Source of the DNA: Octopus bimaculoides
Lineage: Eukaryota
Direction: 5' to 3'
DNA length: 34,502 nt
Assembly (NCBI RefSeq): GCF_001194135.2
Contig: NC_068983.1
Span: 54,626,441-54,660,942, forward strand
Position 1 is the stretch's first letter. Each line of letters begins with the position of its first letter. Below the pieces are notes generated by a model. It made no database searches. It saw only the letters and a list, made by a program, of their open reading frames with translations, and had not been told where the DNA came from. The position numbers and the translations under genes were made by a program. This document shows, in pieces, positions 22,093 to 32,238 of the stretch.

Positions 22093-22462
22093 TTACCTCC
22101 ACCTTAGCGAAGGCGAAAGTATTGTTTTCAATTGTGTTTGTTTCTTTCTTTGTCCATGGACAAGATATCTCAAGAACCACTGGATGAATTCAGATGGAAT
22201 CTTTCAGGGATGTTTGGCCTTGTGATGGGCACAAACTGATTAGATTTTGGGGTTGATCTGGTACCAGACAAAGATTCTGGGTTATTTTTCCGTTTATTTA
22301 CTTAATTTTTGAGAGCGGTCGGGTTCATATTTAGTATTCTCATTTGTGAGAGCAGTCAAGGTTATTTGAGATATTCTCATTTTAAAAATCATCTCTGACT
22401 AATCGTTGAGAGGACATTGGTGTTGCCTTGGCAGAGGTTTATGCTCTCTGAGTGCTCTTGTT
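22093..22462 (+). mobile_element. Helentron/DINE-1-like non-autonomous element
   Basis: 5' TTACCTCCACCTTAGCGAAGGCGAAAGT (subTIR plus IR); 3' CCTTGGCAGAGGT followed by the GCTCTCTGAGTGC stem-loop. Reverse-complement homolog of 28915-29284. Confidence 0.7.
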
Positions 22463-22544
22463 TGTTTTATTTTTATAATGGAAGTTTTATGATTTAATAT
22501 AAAGAGAAAATATTGGTGGAGTTTAAAATTTGAATAAAAGTTTG

Positions 22545-22975
22545 TTGGCAGTGTGGTAAGAAGTTTGCTTCCCAATCACATGGTTTTGGGTTCAGTGCCA
22601 CACAGTGTAGCACCTTGGCTAAAAGTCTTCTACTATAGCCTTGGGCCAGCCAAAGCCTTGTGAGTAGATTTGGTTGATAGAAACTGAAAGAAGACCATTG
22701 TATGTATGTATGCATGTACGTGTGTGTGTGTGTGTGTCTGTGTGTGTATGTGTGTGTCTATGTATATGTCTTTGTGTCTGTGTTGATTCCCTACCAACAC
22801 TTGACAACTGGTGTTGGTGTGTTTACATCCCCATAACTTAGTAGTTCAGCAAAAGAGACTGATAGAATAAGTACTAAGTTTTAAAAAATTAAGTACTGGG
22901 GTCAAATCATTCAACTAAAATTCATCAAGGCAGTGCCCCAGAATGGCCAGTCTAATAAGTGAAAGAAGTAAATAG
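22545..22975 (+). mobile_element. SINE family B, full length
   Basis: GTGTGGTAAGAAGTTTGCTTCCC..GGGTTCAGTGCC..(TG)n..CATAACTTAG..GGCAGTGCCCCAG.ATGGCC. Confidence 0.85.
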
Positions 22976-23505
22976 TTAAAACTTAACAGAGTAAAGTTAC
23001 CGATTGATACTTTGAGCAGCAAAGTTTGGTAGAATTCCAGGGTTTTGTGCTCATTTCTGCATCATCAATTCTTGGATCTAAGAAGAACTTGAAAGTATGC
23101 AATATAAGACCATTTTCAGCTTCTAGTCTACTTCATTGCTTTGTTTTTATTTGCACCAAAACTGAAAAACCTGACTTACAAAAATATGTTGACACAAATA
23201 AAGGTATATATAGTTCTTTCAAGTTCTTTCTGTCACTTATGGCAAGGAATTGCACTTAAGAGACAAAAAGTCTTTTATTGATTTCTCCTCGAACCTATCT
23301 TTTGCTCCCAAGTAATTCATTAGTGGCAGAAATTCCTCTTGACATTCATCAGGGAATTTTTTTCGACTGACGATTTAAATGGATTTAGCACTAAAATCAA
23401 TTTCTTGTCTCTGAATCTAGAAAAATATTGGCTAAATTCATTATCATTTATTTGGGAATTTTGGAAACACCAGCATTAAGAATATACTGAAGTTTCCCAA
23501 ATATT

Positions 23506-23937
23506 CTTTTCTACTTTAGGCACAAGGCCAGAAATTTTGGGGGAGACAGACAGTCGTTAGATCGACCCCAGTTTGCAACTGGTATTTAATTTATTGACCC
23601 CGAAAGGATGAAAGGCAAAGTTAACCTCGGCAGAATTTGAACTCAGAACGTAAAGACAGAGGAAATACCGCTAGGTATTTCGTCTGGCATGCTAACGTTT
23701 CTTATTTCGTTATTGCCCACAAGGGGCTAAACATAGAGGGGACAAACAAGGACAGACAAAGGGATTAAGTCGATTACATCAACACCAGTGCGTAACTGGT
23801 ACTTAATTTATCGACCCCGAAAAGATGAAAGGTAAAGTCGACCTCGGCGGAATTTGAACTCAGAACGTAACAGCAGATGAAATACCACTAAGCATTTCGC
23901 CCAGCGTGCTAACGTTTCTGCCAACTTGCTGCCTGGG
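23506..23937 (-). mobile_element. Dimer/nested pair of SINE family A copies within one 15-bp TSD
   Basis: TSD AGTTTCCCAAATATT at 23491-23505 and 23938-23952. Two B boxes; the two units have different 3' tails. Confidence 0.9.
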
Positions 23938-24665
23938 AGTTTCCCAAATATTGAACTGTCTTTGATACTGACCCTTTTTGTCTAGTTTTTGATATTTTTT
24001 CATTCAAGCTTTCAAAGAATCGATGGATTTTATTATATTTGTATTCCTCCCTTGTATCTGATGAGCAAGTTTGTTCAGCTGCTTTTCAATAGCAATCAAA
24101 CAAGTCAAGCACATAATCCATTCTCATTATTAAACCAACCAAAAAATCCCATCTTACTCTGACTTCAAAAAATAATTTGAGCTCATCTTTAAACTCAAAT
24201 ACTTATTCATTTACCTTTCCCCTTGAAAACCATCAAACAGTTTTGTGTGAAAAAAAAAGCAAATGTGGGTTTGCCTCTATTTTAATATATAACTGTTTGA
24301 AAGGAAATTTGAGAACTGACAAATCTTCCTTTGATAACTTCCGTAATTTGAACTGTTTGGTCCAAAATCTTCCCTAGTGGTGCTGGAAGATTCTTAAGCC
24401 TAATGTCTGATGATGAATCATACAATAAATGTCTTTCTTTTCTGAAACTCATTTTTTAAACACAAACTTGAAGTCCAGATTTTGTTGCCAACATAGCCGA
24501 TGTTCCATTTGACAACTCACAGAAGGTTTTCTGAATCAATGAAAGATTTCTAATATATGTGAGGCCTTATCAGTTGCTTCAAGAGGCTGACAAAGTGAAA
24601 TTCCACTTTAAATAAACCAGAGTAAATGTTTTTAACTCCAGCCACAATGTCAAATCAATTGATTC

Positions 24666-24901
24666 AGATTGTTTGCAAACATAACATGGCAGTCCTGGTT
24701 TAGGATGAATGTTGCTGTAATTTAGCGCCAGGAGACATTGTCTCCAGCTTGCTGTACAGCAAGATCTGTATCCTTATATTTTCAAAAATATAAGGACACA
24801 GATTGTGTCCTACAGCCAGCAAGAGACAGTATCTCCTGGGACTAAATTACAGCAACATTCGTCCTAAACCAGGACTGCCATGTTATGTTCGCAAACAGTC
24901 T
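24666..24901. mobile_element. 236-bp near-perfect palindromic MITE
   Basis: Arms are reverse complements around CCTTATATTTTC|AAAAATATAAGG (centre 24783/24784). Confidence 0.9.
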
Positions 24902-25088
24902 TTACTACAAAGTACTGTTGCTGAATATCTCTCGTTATGAGATTTTAAAATAATAATTTCCAGTTGATTCGGGTTCAATTGAAAATAAACACTGCAAACT
25001 CGATCTCCTGATCATCAACTTGATCATTGATGTCATTTGTCATATCATTGATCTTCCAGATATATTAAATTCAATGTTAATTTATGTT

Positions 25089-25310
25089 AAAGGTGGCAAG
25101 CTGACAGAATTGTCAGCACAATAAGCATTTTGCTTAGCAACATTTCATCCGTCGTAACATTCTGAGTCCAAATTCCATTGAGGTCAACTTTACTTTTGGG
25201 GTTGATAGATAAGTACCAGTTATACTGATGGGGGTGATGTGGGGGGGAGGTCGATGTAACCAACTTATTCCCTCCTCCAAAATTGCTGGCCTTGTGCCAA
25301 AATTTGAAAT
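25089..25310 (+). mobile_element. SINE family A
   Basis: GGTGGCAAGCTGACAGAATTGTCAGCAC..CTGAGTCCAAATTCC..GGCCTTGTGCCAAAATTTGAAA. Confidence 0.85.
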
Positions 25311-25526
25311 CTATGTCCAGATATATTATATTCGGTGTTAATTTAAGTCCTGATATATTACATTCAGTGTTAATTTATTATTTGTCAATTCATTTACATA
25401 CATTAAATTTTGACTAGCTATTGATCTTTTAGATAAGAATCCAAACCATAAATTAGTTATAATGCTATTTGTTTCTGAAAAACTTGCACTGATTTGTCTT
25501 TAATTACCAATTCCATAAATTTTTAG

Positions 25527-25579
25527 CATTAACAAGTTGGATGATGGCTTTTCAATTTCTGATAAGGGTGCCTTTTTGT
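25527..25579 (+). CDS. Candidate penultimate exon, INKLDDGFSISDKGAFL
   Basis: Acceptor AATTTTTAG, donor T|GTATGA. Phase-1 end joins TG at 26220 to give TTG in frame. Confidence 0.4.
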
Positions 25580-26219
25580 GTATGAGAAAGATTTTTTAAC
25601 TTTCACTAACAGAAAAAAATATTTCCATGTGAAAAGAAAAATTTCATTTGAAATAGTGGTTTGAAAATTTTACCTCATATGTGTTTTCTTTTTAAAAAAC
25701 AAAAATCAGAGAGTGGGGAAGACCATCCAGACTGGACAGTATTTTTTTAAAATTCAGTTTTGAAAAGGAATCAAAAACTGAATCAGATGTAAAGTTTGTA
25801 TCAAAAATTTGATCAATAAAATTATCATTAACAGAATTAGTATTTATGTCTTTTCCATCATTGAAAATAAAAACAGATTTTAAAGTCTCGTTAAAAACTA
25901 TTGCTTTATCTGAAATATCAGAAAATTAATTGATTACCATTAGAAACTAATACCATTATTTCTTTTGCACAACTTAATTTAGAATTAATATATTACCAAA
26001 ATTTTTATCTGATTTAGAATTTAAAATACGTTTCTTAGCTGAAAATATCTCAATGTTTTAATTTTCCAGTTACAATGAAGACGTATAAAAATTTTTCATT
26101 CTTAGAAAAATTACCACTTCTTTCTGTATTACTTCTACAAACTTTTCTATCTCTTATATAATGTTCATGTCATGAAGGACCAAACTTTCCAATATGTAAA
26201 ATGAGACTCGTATAATCAG

Positions 26220-26431
26220 TGGTACAGCCAGACCATGTGAAGCCTGGGACAACACTTGAATTTGCTGATTCCTGTCCATCATACAAGCTTTATAGAGTAG
26301 ACCCAAAATTGCCACCTGGAGTGAACCACCACCATCCCTTGCTTCCTCCTAGTTTTGCCCCCAAAATAGCCAATAGATATGCAGTAATCCAAAACCAGAT
26401 CATTAATCAATTAGTAAAAGCAGCTTGTTAA
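26220..26431 (+). CDS. Candidate terminal exon of an unidentified protein, VQPDHVKPGTTLEFADSCPSYKLYRVDPKLPPGVNHHHPLLPPSFAPKIANRYAVIQNQIINQLVKAAC*
   Basis: CAG acceptor at 26217-26219; 70-codon, non-repetitive open frame with higher GC than its AT-rich flanks; stop TAA; ATTAAA about 120 nt downstream. Product not recognised. Confidence 0.5.
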
Positions 26432-26590
26432 TTAGCTGATTTAAAATTGTGAAACTTGTCTCATTACTACCATTAGCAATATTAGAATATCTTTTGGTTC
26501 CTTTTATGATTAGAATTTGAAAAAAGCATTTGTACCCCTAATTCTTGGTATTAAAATAGGTTCGTTTATGAAGACTAAATATTAAATACA

Positions 26591-26635
26591 CACCAACCAC
26601 TCCGAGAGTGTAGTGGGTGCTTTTTACATGCCACG
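26591..26635 (-). mobile_element. Family C internal fragment
   Basis: CCAACCACTCCGAGAGTGTAGTGGGTGCTTTTTACATGCCAC matches 18079-18118. Confidence 0.8.
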
Positions 26636-26646
26636 TATATATATAT

Positions 26647-27037
26647 AGTGGAGGCGCAATGGCCCAGTGGTTAGGGCAGTGGACTTGCGGTCATTGGATC
26701 TCGGTTTCGATTCCTAGACCTGGCGTTGTGAGTGTTTATTGAGTGAAAACACCTAAAGCTCCATGATGCTCAGGCAAGGGATGGTGGCAAACCCTACTGT
26801 ACTCTTTCACCACAACTTTCTCTCACTCTTACTTCCTGTTTCTGTTGTGCCTGTAATTCAAAAGGTCAGCCTTGTCACACTGTGTCATGCTGACTATCGC
26901 CAAGAACTACGTTAAGGGTACACGTGTCTGTGGAGTGCTCAGCCACTTGCTCGTTAATTTCACGAGCAGGCTGTTCCATTGATCGGATCAACTGGAACCC
27001 TCGATGTCATAAGCGACGGAGTGCCAACAACAACAAC
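26647..27037 (+). mobile_element. tRNA-derived SINE family D, full length (about 390 bp)
   Basis: A box TGGCCCAGTGG (26660), B box GGTTTCGATTCC (26703), and 3' end GACGGAGTGC(CAA)n. Confidence 0.85.
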
Positions 27038-27041
27038 TACA

Positions 27042-27076
<35 letters not shown>

Positions 27077-27173
27077 ATGTACTGTTCTCTGATAGAAGAT
27101 TCAACAAAAAAAAGTACTCCATCTGGTGAGAGATCAATATTATTTATTTAAAGGACACAATACATGGCTTTAA

Positions 27174-27228
27174 GTGCTACTGATAATTTCATATGTTGAG
27201 AAATATCTCAAACACATTCATCAGGCAC
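27174..27228 (-). ncRNA. Minimal type I hammerhead ribozyme motif, core intact
   Basis: Minus strand: GTGC-CTGATGA-ATGTGTTTGAGA-TATT-TCTCAACATAT-GAAAT-TATCA-GTA-GCAC. Stem I GTGC/GCAC, 11-bp stem II with one bulge, GUA triplet. Confidence 0.75.
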
Positions 27229-27315
27229 AAACCACATGTCATAAGGAACTAAAAAATAACTGAATAAGAGGAGAATGTGAAATAACTGAGAAGGCAGCAT
27301 ATAGAAAAGGTGGAA

Positions 27316-27400
27316 TTAGTACTGGGGCCAATTTAGTCAAGAAGACCCTTCAAGGCAGTGCCCCAGCATGGCCACAATACAAGGGCTGAAACAAATAAAA
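27316..27400 (+). mobile_element. SINE-B/CR1-type 3' tail fragment
   Basis: CCCTTCAAGGCAGTGCCCCAGCATGGCCACAA..GCTGAAACAAATAAAA. Confidence 0.75.
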
Positions 27401-27427
27401 TGTGAAAAACAAATATGATACATAATG

Positions 27428-27589
27428 GGCACCCATTACACTTTTGGGGTGGTTGGCATTAGGAAGGGCATCCAGCCATGGAAACCATGCCAAATCTGAC
27501 TGGAGTCTGGTGCAGCCCCTCAGCTTGCAAACCCTGGTCAAACCGTCCGACCTATGCCAGCATGGACAATGGATGTTAAATGTTGTCGT

Positions 27590-27634
<45 letters not shown>

Positions 27635-27682
27635 CGACAATGATGATGATGGCGATGATGATGATGGCGATGATGATGATGG

Positions 27683-27714
<32 letters not shown>

Positions 27715-27715
27715 A
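27428..27715 (+). mobile_element. Family C with an expanded (GAT)n tail
   Basis: GGTTGGCATTAGGAAGGGCATCCAGCC..ATGCCAGCATGGACAATGGATGTTAAA, then about 125 bp of GAT repeats. Confidence 0.85.
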
Positions 27716-28145
27716 TTAAAATAAGAGTGCCTGGCTCATCGTAGGTAACATTCTTGGAGGAACTAGTATTTTTGAGGATAAAACGGATTTGTACTGACAT
27801 GAGGGATTACTGGAAACATGCAAATGATTTTGTACATCATTATGTCAAATGCAGTTACAGTGAATCATGATTAAAGGAAATAGCAAATGAAATAGCTAAG
27901 ATTAGCAAAGATAGTCGAACCTTCACGCATAATTTTACAAACACAATACAATAGATGACAGAATGCCTTTAGTGATTAACTGGCACTGAAATTTTGCTGG
28001 CATTTTAAAAGTGTTGCCTGAAAGTTACCAGCACATGGCAAAACAATATCCTTGTTTCAAACACATATTTCCTCAGCTGCTTTTTGTAGCCTTTAGACAG
28101 AATAAGTGCCTTGAAAAACAGCCACAAGAGAGGTAACCCTGTTCA

Positions 28146-28571
28146 TTGTTCAGCAATGTGTGTCAAGTGAATTCCTTCAGGAATCATAACAGAAATGTTA
28201 TGATTTATACAGAAGGTAGGACATGTAGAGATTCTCATTTGGAGTATGCTGCAAAATGCATGAAGCACAACTTTATTTGTGTTGGTTGTACAACAGAACA
28301 GTTAAACAAAAGGTTTAATGAGCACAGATTCGACGTCAGGTACAATAACAGTAGTTTGACAGAACTTGCTGAACATTTCGTTTCAAGCAGCTGCAATTTT
28401 GAGAAAGACTTGAAAGTGCATATTCTCAAAAAATATTCTGAATCTACCCCACATTCACTTCTCAGAATCTATGACAAGAAATATGTTTGGGGGTTATTAA
28501 CATCACACCCTGGAGGAATGAATAAAATGACAGGAGAATATCATCAAATTTATACAAAACTGTTTGATTAA
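28146..28571 (+). pseudogene. Penelope-type GIY-YIG endonuclease domain
   Basis: TCRDSHLEYAAKCMKHNFICVGCTTEQLNKRFNEHRFDV matches the PLE pattern TC.S.N.IY.I.C..C...YVG.T...L..RF.EH, with the catalytic tyrosine motifs degraded. Confidence 0.85.
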
Positions 28572-28753
28572 ATATTCTTCTTTTTTCTTTTCTTTTTTCT
28601 TTTATCTTTCTTTCTGTCTTTTTCTTTTTGCCTGTTATAAAATTGTAACTTAAAAACTGATGATGTCATTCAATCAACATGTGGACGCTGGTTGCTCTCG
28701 TTCATACTTTACATTTAAATTTCTATAATTTCGAATTTTTATCACCACTTATT

Positions 28754-28796
28754 TTGAACTTGACAAAGACAGACTTACTGTTGAAATATCGTTCAA
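28754..28796 (+). ncRNA. Decayed minimal hammerhead in the Penelope 3' UTR
   Basis: TTGAAC-TTGACAA-A-GACAG-ACTTA-CTGTT-GAAAT-ATC-GTTCAA. 6-bp stem I and stem II are retained; the core is two transitions from CTGACGA. Confidence 0.65.
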
Positions 28797-28914
28797 CTAA
28801 TAAAATATCTTACAATCAAATTGTGCTCTTCGTCTTGACTATTTACCTTTGTGAAGAGTTACGTCAATCCTTTTAAAATATAATAATAATAATAATAATA
28901 GTAATAATAATAAT

Positions 28915-29279
28915 AACAAGAGCACTCAGAGAGCACAAACCTCTGCCAAGGCAACACCAACGTCCTCTCAACGATTAGCCAGAGATGGCTTTTAAAATGA
29001 GAATATCTGAAATAAACTTGACTGCTCTCACAAACAAGAATACTAAAAATGAACCCAACCGCTCTCAGACACTAAGTGAAAAAGCTGGAAAAATAATCCA
29101 GATTCCTTGTCCAGTATCAGATCAATTCCAAAATCTAGTCATTTTGTGCCAGTCATCAGGCCAAACATATCTGGAAGTTTCATCCAAATCCATCCAATGG
29201 TTCTTGAGATATCTTATCCACAGACAAACAACCAAACAAATGTGACTGAAAACAATACCTCCACCTTCGCTAAGGAGGA

Positions 29280-29284
<5 letters not shown>
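28915..29284 (-). mobile_element. Helentron/DINE-1-like non-autonomous element
   Basis: Hairpin TACCTCCACCTT-CGCT-AAGGAGGAGGTA at 29256-29283 and matching subTIR ACCTCTGCCAAGG near 28939. Sits between (TAA)n tracts. Confidence 0.7.
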
Positions 29285-29332
<48 letters not shown>

Positions 29333-29334
29333 TG

Positions 29335-29389
<55 letters not shown>

Positions 29390-29426
29390 CAATAAAAGCG
29401 ATAATGATAATAATAATGTTCCAGTG

Positions 29427-29766
29427 ACAACAGGATCAAAGAGAAAAGGAAAGAACCCAACACCTATGACATCTTGAATTGGTAAATATGCAGTCTGTGG
29501 TCAATGAAGAGAGTTGACATGATACGAATAGTAAATGGCATGCTTGGAAATATCAGCACTCAACTACCAACATGGCTCAAATGAAAAGATAGAACGCCTA
29601 CAAAAATTATCATTGCTTGGAACTACAAGAGTTCTTCACAGTGTTCTCAAGGCATGATCAGTAAACAAGTGTCACCTTAGTCTGCAAGCTGTGGACAGCT
29701 GACACTTTCCATCATACACAGCAAAATAAGCTGAGAGTTTTCATCAAATAATGATAATAATAATAA
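29427..29766 (+). mobile_element. R4/Dong-type LINE 3' end with (TAA)n tail
   Basis: SLWSMKRVDMIRIVNGMLG..KIERLQKLSLLGTTRVLHSVLKA* matches the REL C-terminus LW....V.PIV.GALG..LQK..LLGT..IL. Confidence 0.7.
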
Positions 29767-30312
29767 CTGATTGGAAGTGCTATCATGTATATGGTTTGTC
29801 TTAGTATAAAAGACGGGCTACAACAAATATTCTGTTCAATACCACAGATTTGCTTGTCAGTTGCTTAACCTTAACCAGTTGAGCATGTCCCTAAGTGGTT
29901 GACATTGTTTGCATCTCTGATCACGAGCAGAATTAGTGGGGAAGCATCATAAACTTGTGTTGAGAGGAATTCTTGGGGTTTGATTAATTCACTTCTGGAA
30001 ACATGGATGTTTCATTCATCATCCGTAAACAAACCTTATTCAGGGACCTTTTGAGCGGGATGGGCTACTCGACCTTAAGAAAATTCTAGCTGGACCCCCA
30101 CCTGCAAGGTCATGCACTGTTTATCTTGATATGAGATCACCATGTTGCACACATATGATTGTGATGCATGTGCCTGGTGTACCCTTATCAGATGGGTAGT
30201 CATGATGGGTAGTCATGATGGGTAGTCATGATGGGTATAATGGGCTTCATATACTTTAACCAAGTGTCACTTCGATGGTATGCGCTGCTCTACCCCTCTA
30301 TAATAATAATGA
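29767..30312 (+). repeat. About 540-bp non-coding repeat ending in (TAA)n, probably a LINE 3' UTR
   Basis: GC-richer than flanks, ends CTCTA(TAA)n, internal 13-bp triplication. Only one copy in the window, so family status is inferred. Confidence 0.45.
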
Positions 30313-31023
30313 TGATGATGATGATGATGATGATGGTAACCCTTTCAAAAGGCCCCAAAATTTGAGAGTAGAGGTTAATCTATAAATTTTGTGAAAGGGC
30401 ATTAATAAGTTATAGTAACTCCAGTCAATGACATTGACTGGTACCAGATATAATGATCAGAAACAAAGAAAAGACAACAGGCTAGAAATATTGATTAGGA
30501 ACAGAGAGAAGACAGTAATGATCAACAAAGATAAGACTGTGTGCACAGCAGTAAAAAAATCAGTTGTCTAGCCTACATTAAGAAAATATTAAAGATAAAA
30601 GAAAATGAAAGCATCTGTTCTGGCTTAATGAGAAATCTGTAGATACTGAAAGCAAACTATAACTTTAAATTTCTACCTGTAATTAATGAGATATTTGCTT
30701 GTGTACTTAACTGCTTCAGCAGCAATCTTAAGAATCTAAGTTTCACAAAACAAGAAACACATGGCTAATTAAGAAATTATGATAACAGGGTATTAATGAA
30801 ACTGTGAAAATATGTAAAGTATTTTGAATGTTTAGCATGTGATATCTAGACACCATGATACATACAAATATATGTGTATGTATACTTAATTCACAACATA
30901 TAGACCCACCCACTCAGTGATCCACAGGCATCTATACGTACATGCATACATAGATGCACACACACATACGCACAGACACACACACTTACACACACACACA
31001 CACACACACATGTAGCAAAACCA

Positions 31024-31490
31024 GGAATACTGCTGGAACATTCCTATCAAAACTTCTACCGAATAGAAACATAACAGGCCAGATACCGTTGTTTGGGACA
31101 GACATGAAAAATAATGTACTGTCATAGAGATCAGCCGCTCTACTGATACGAATATTTCTTCAAAATTCAAAGTAAAGGTGGATAACTATGGACAACTACT
31201 TCAAAATCTCCAGCTTCTTTTCAATTCACATTTATGCAAATAATAATTGGTGCACATGGTTTCCTAAGTAAAATGCTAATTGACAATCTGGGAAAGCTCA
31301 GGTTTTTAAAAGATGAAATAAACCAGCTAACTTGCACATTACAAATACAATCTGTTAATGGAACAGCAAAAATATGCAAGACTTTTCTCAAGTTTAAAAT
31401 GTGACATTGTTTTTCTCATCTACAATCCAATGAAGGAGCTTTGTATCTTTGTTAGAAACCAGCTCTTTCCTCAGAGGACTATTTCAAATA
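31024..31490 (+). mobile_element. R4-type restriction-like endonuclease (REL) domain fragment
   Basis: NRPDTVVWDRHEK*CTVIEIS (PD..D/E motif), KVDNYGQLLQNLQ, IIIGAHG, QSVNGTAKICKTFLKFKM* (stop at 31404). Confidence 0.8.
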
Positions 31491-31501
31491 ATTAAAAACA
31501 T

Positions 31502-31780
31502 TCGAGTGAGATCGCTGCTGGTGCCGCTGGACTGGCTCTTCTGCAGGTGGCACGTAAAATACACCATTTTGAGCATGGCTGTTGCCAGTACCGCCTGACT
31601 GGCCCTCATGCCGGTGGCACATAAAAGCACCCACTACACTCTCAGAGTGGTTGCCGTTGGGAAGGGCATCCAGCTGTGGAAACTCTGCCAAATCAGATTG
31701 GAGCTTGGTGTAGCCATCTGGTTCATCAGTCCTCAGTCAAATAGTCCAACCCATGCTAGCATGGAAAGCGGATGTTAAAC

Positions 31781-31817
<37 letters not shown>
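31502..31817 (+). mobile_element. Family C (RTE 3' UTR-like repeat)
   Basis: Two internal ACTGGC..GTGGCAC.TAAAA.CACC units, GGAAGGGCATCCAGCTG, and a GGATGTTAAAC(GAT)n tail. Confidence 0.9.
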
Positions 31818-31819
<2 letters not shown>

Positions 31820-31942
31820 AGGAGAGTATACATACATACATGTGCATATATTGCATACATACACATGAATACACACACACACATATATACACATATGTGG
31901 ATAACGTTCTATATGTGGTTGTATTCTATGCCTTGACCTGAG

Positions 31943-31997
<55 letters not shown>

Positions 31998-32238
31998 ATG
32001 GGGATAGCGTTCTATGCTTTGACCTGACCATAGAATGGGGCTTGCCACTTTGAGGAGAGAAAGGAATGGAATGCCTGGCGTGAGTGTCTTGTTGTGGCTA
32101 CCCACTCCTAGAGAAAATGGGGAATAGGCCTGGGTATNNNNNNNNNNNNNNNNNNNNNNNNNNNNNNNNNNNNNNNNNNNNNTGTGTGTGTGTGTGTGTG
32201 TGTGTTTGTGTAGATAGATTCTGACAGCTCCTTTGCAG

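Larger units (their letters stand above)
23030..25050 (-). pseudogene. Decayed hAT (Charlie/Buster, ZBED5-like) transposase
   Basis: Minus strand, across stops and frameshifts: MTNDINDQV; CQPLEAT; CMIHHQTL; WFSRGKV; QLNKLAHQIQGRNTNII; and hATC-like FVSTYFCKSGFSVLVQIKTKQ. Interrupted by a SINE and a palindrome. Confidence 0.8.
27716..28875 (+). mobile_element. Penelope-like element 3' portion (RT thumb/linker, GIY-YIG, 3' UTR), decayed
   Basis: Upstream peptides RICTDMRDYWKHANDF, RMPLVINWH and IFPQLLFVAFRQNK lead into the GIY-YIG ORF. A decayed hammerhead lies in the 3' UTR. Confidence 0.8.

Noticed and set aside
24055-24085. CTGATGA motifs here and at about 28656
   Set aside because: Neither is followed by a hairpin plus GAAA. 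The first lies inside the hAT coding remnant.
26647-26720. Possible tRNA gene
   Set aside because: A and B boxes are present but there is no acceptor-stem closure, and the sequence continues into a SINE body and (CAA)n tail. The same applies to the family A and B heads.
30430-30560. PDIMIRNKEKTT, faintly like an REL PD motif
   Set aside because: Too short and stop-ridden to separate from chance.
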